A stretch of 64,000 bases of DNA from Callorhinchus milii (lineage: Eukaryota). The stretch is from positions 111,044,001 to 111,108,000 of the forward strand of contig NW_024704743.1 in assembly GCF_018977255.1 (NCBI RefSeq), written 5' to 3'. Position numbers and translations under genes: made by a program. Positions 60,571 to 64,000 of the stretch are shown piece by piece (the first letter of the stretch is position 1; every line of letters begins with the position of its first letter). Under the pieces are notes generated by a model. That model did not search any database and was not told the DNA's origin. It was given only the letters and a program-made list of their open reading frames with translations.

Positions 60571-63469
60571 GCATTGCACTGAGAAGGGATTTAGCCCTGT
60601 GCATTAATTAAGCACCAGGAGATGCCACCCCTCAGGAAGGGGGCCATATAAATGCAAGCCATTGTTATAAGCATCTTTGTCCCCTATTCAACACGGAATC
60701 TGAACATTACTTAGCAGTATTATTTATCATAAGATAACCATCTATAAATCGTACTGCAGAATCTGCTGAGAAGATGGACAGAGAGCACTGCATAAACCAT
60801 AACTGAATGTCATTTGAAAGTAAGTGCTTTGATCTAACTCTAGGGGCAACGAGCTGAAATGCATCTGCATTAATTTTTCACAGGAAGTTTTTTTTTGCTG
60901 ACGTTCATGGTGATAGTTTTGACTCTTGACTATTCCAGAAATTGTGATGTGAAATGATACACACCTGGTATAGTCAGGCATTGCGTGTATTTAAAGAGCC
61001 TTTTATGAGCTAGGTCAGTGAGAGGATTTCTGATTCTTCCAATACTGTACTGCAGATATTGTAACATTTCTTTCCCTTGCTATTATTGATTCTTCTGGAG
61101 AAACACTATTGGGTGTGGAATAAAATGGGATCCAGTCTCTTGGCTGTCAGCCAAACAGTCTCTGCAGAGCCTTGCACTATTTCTATCTCCTCAGCGTGAG
61201 GCTGGGATAAGATTGGTAGGTTATTTATTACTTTGCAACAAAACACGTGACATACTTGCACAACCAGCATTTATAATTAATTATATATAACAGTCAGTCT
61301 AGTGCGTTTGTAGGTAGGTGTCTCATCATTAGTCAGCGCTCCGAGACACTATTCTGCATGAAGGCCATTTAATATCTATATAATTTATAATAAATAATAT
61401 TTGTATATCCTTGCCTATAAATTCAAGTTGCTGTTGTTGTTCTTATGGGTTTTTTCTCTTATTATTATTATTTTATAATTTTATATATAAAGTTCTTCTG
61501 ACTTGCTCCCTCCGTCTGCCTCTCTTTATGACAGTTTTCAAAACATAACACTGTACTGACAGACAGACCCTTTCTCTCCTCCCTCCTAGCCATTTTGGAG
61601 GTATTTTTTTCTTTTCTGTTCAGCTTCACTTGTGTCAATCTCTCCACCTATGATTGAGAGGCTAGGGGAGAGGAGGGAGTGCTGCTTCCAGGTCCCACCT
61701 GTGATCATTCTGCGGTGATCAGAGGGAAATCCACTACTTTTTTATTTCTTTCCTTCTGCAACAATTCCCACCCCCACATCTCAATGCTGGGATCTGTGAA
61801 TCCACTTCACAGAGCGTGCCAGCTACAAGCCTGAGTCTCACACTCAGAGGCTCTGAACACATTAGTGCGGTAGTTCATCGCCCCACTGGTTGACCTCATC
61901 ACAGGTTTCATTAATCCCCAAAATAATAAAATAATTGCTATATTTTCTCGCTCCCACGTGTACCCCCATATTTATCACCTCTTTCTTCCCCCATCTTCTC
62001 TAAGCAATGACTATTGCTATGGTTCCATCTCCAACAATGTCTAGTCCAAATATGACTATTTTCCATGTGTTGGCCCAGAAATCCAAGGTCAATATGTCCA
62101 TAGAGGAGCATCACAGGCCAATACTGTTCTCACTTAATGTCCACATTCCAGTAGCAATCATCTGATCAGATCAGGAACATGAACCCTTACTGATATTTCT
62201 CCTCCGCAGAGAGTATTTGTAGTATCCCCACTTACATCACATCTGAGATCAACAAATTTAAACCAAACCAAGAATAAAAACTGTAGCCTTCCTGGTGTGC
62301 ATGACTTGCTGCCATCATATGATATGTTTACCCACCAATGGGAATCCAGTATAGCTGTTTGCAACTGTAAACATAAATTGAATGAGTTTGTTTGAAGATA
62401 TAATTTATATCTTCATGAAGTAGGTCACAGTATATAATTTAAATTTTTGGCAAATGTACTTAAGTTAGTGACAGAGCAGTAATGATCACAATCTCTACAT
62501 TGCAGATCAATATGTGATATCTCACCAAATACTGTACCAGGATCACAAATCTGTTTCTGTTTTAAAGGTGATGGTTAAGAGGAATGCAGTATGAATTTAC
62601 CATGTCACAGAGGTAGACATCTCTGCATGTTCATTGAACCTATACTTGAAGCAACAGTAAGTATATACGTAATAAGTAAGATATGGGCCAAACCCTTTAT
62701 TGTGCTTATTTATATCAGAGCTTATTTGTGAAATGGTACGGAATAAATGTGCAGTAAGAAACCACAGTGGTTGCTTTTTGCTGATGCAGCCAAAATGAGC
62801 TATCTTATTCAAATATTTCTAGACATATTCCAGTTACGTTTAATTACATATCAATGCATGGCCCATCATTTGATGCTGCTTGAATTGTTTTGGTAAAGCT
62901 TGCAGCTGAGTTATCTTTCTATAAAGAGCATTAATTAAAATGGGACTTGCTTTCATTAAAGCAGAAATATCCTGTTAAATATTTGATATGCAATAATGCT
63001 GCACATCATTTTGAATATCCATCCAAATGTACAAGCCTTTTACGTTATTTATGAGAACAAAACCTTCCATCTCATTTTTCCAATGGTATGTGTTATTTAT
63101 TTACTAAATGTCTTCAAGGAAAAATATATTCATTTGAATTCTCATAAAATAGTGTCAGAGATACTTAGCTACTTAGATAATGGGCCATTCGGCCCATTGT
63201 GCCATTGCCGACTCTTTTAAAGAAAATTAATGTAATCTTTTTCTAAAAGGTGATATCTATCTGCAGTGCTTTGTAATATTTCTCATCTCTATGTTTTGTG
63301 TTTCTTGCTTTAATCCTTAGCCAGTTGTCAGGTCTGCAGAGACTTGTACCTCTGGGGACAGTAAATTAACTCAAACATCAGGATATCATTATTAATGTTC
63401 TAATATTACGCTTGACACTAAAATAAATACAAAACTTACAGTTTTAAATGAAAATAAAATGTAAAGATA

Positions 63470-63780
63470 AATAATAATCCTTGCATTTGATATAGCTCTT
63501 TTCATGTCTTCGAGACGTCTCCAAAGCGCTTCACAGAACACACTGTAAAGTGAATTGACTGTATATTTGTGGGCGAACGCGGCAACCAATTGCGCACAGC
63601 AGTGTCCCGCAAACAGTCGTGGATTGAAGTGACCAGTTTATTATTGTTTTTTCTCTTGAGGGATTATCATCAGGCGTGTAGAGTAAGGAAACTTGTCCAA
63701 GCTTTTGCCCTGCCGGGAATCGAACCCAGGCCTCTCGCTTGCGAGACTAGTGCTCTAACCACTGAGCTACAAGATTCCAC
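63470..63780 (-). mobile_element. Full-length Deu SINE, short subtype
   Basis: Head gtggaatcttgtagctcagtggttagagcac..., B box ggttcgattcc, core and tail. Confidence 0.93.
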
Positions 63781-64000
63781 TTTACCTGTGCTCGTCCAAC
63801 TATCACTATTTCCCTTCTATTTATTCTTCTTCCTTGTTCTGTTTTACCCTATCTCTACGTTTATGATATTTCTCCTCGTCTCATAGATTTTGTAATTCTA
63901 TTTCTAATTTTCCAACCTGTCACTTACCTTTTCAGATTCTTTCTTCCTGCTCCCAAAGTCCACTTTGGAAGGTTTTTTTTGGTCAGCTGAGGGTGTCTAA

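Noticed and set aside
61569..61593. ATGGCT... as a candidate STMN2 exon 1 (MARREERK, phase 1)
   Set aside because: No similarity to the conserved N-terminus beyond MA and a poor donor (GTCTGT); CAAAATGGC is equally explained as a YY1-like motif.
63920..64000. Strong minus-strand donor AAG|GTAAGT near the window end
   Set aside because: No ATG or stathmin-like sequence upstream within the window; cannot be supported as an exon.

Overview
Vertebrate nuclear genomic DNA, AT-rich and retroposon-dense. The tRNA-Ala/Deu-domain SINEs, L2 and CR1 relics point to a cartilaginous fish, probably a chimaera such as Callorhinchus milii (inference, not verified). Three genes are recognisable by manual exon reconstruction. 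(1) The last coding exon of MRPS28 (+, 2122-2269). (2) A complete five-exon HEY1 (+, CDS 24332-29836, 930 nt, 309 aa) with a CpG-island promoter carrying RBPJ/CSL, PBX-MEIS/PREP and CCAAT motifs. (3) Exons 2-5 of STMN2/SCG10 (-, 45263-52546); exon 1 was not found. Gene order and orientation match the human STMN2-HEY1-MRPS28 block. Nearly all other listed ORFs are repeat-derived or spurious. I see no convincing new multi-gene system. The most unusual elements are a ~1.7 kb GACT/GT array with higher-order duplications filling HEY1 intron 1, a UG-rich HEY1 intron 2 ending in an acceptor with no polypyrimidine tract, a ~110 nt hairpin upstream of STMN2 exon 2, an unidentified four-copy repeat, several nested or chimeric SINE/LINE structures, and candidate Notch-responsive enhancers. 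Repeat boundaries are approximate; exon boundaries were read directly from the sequence.
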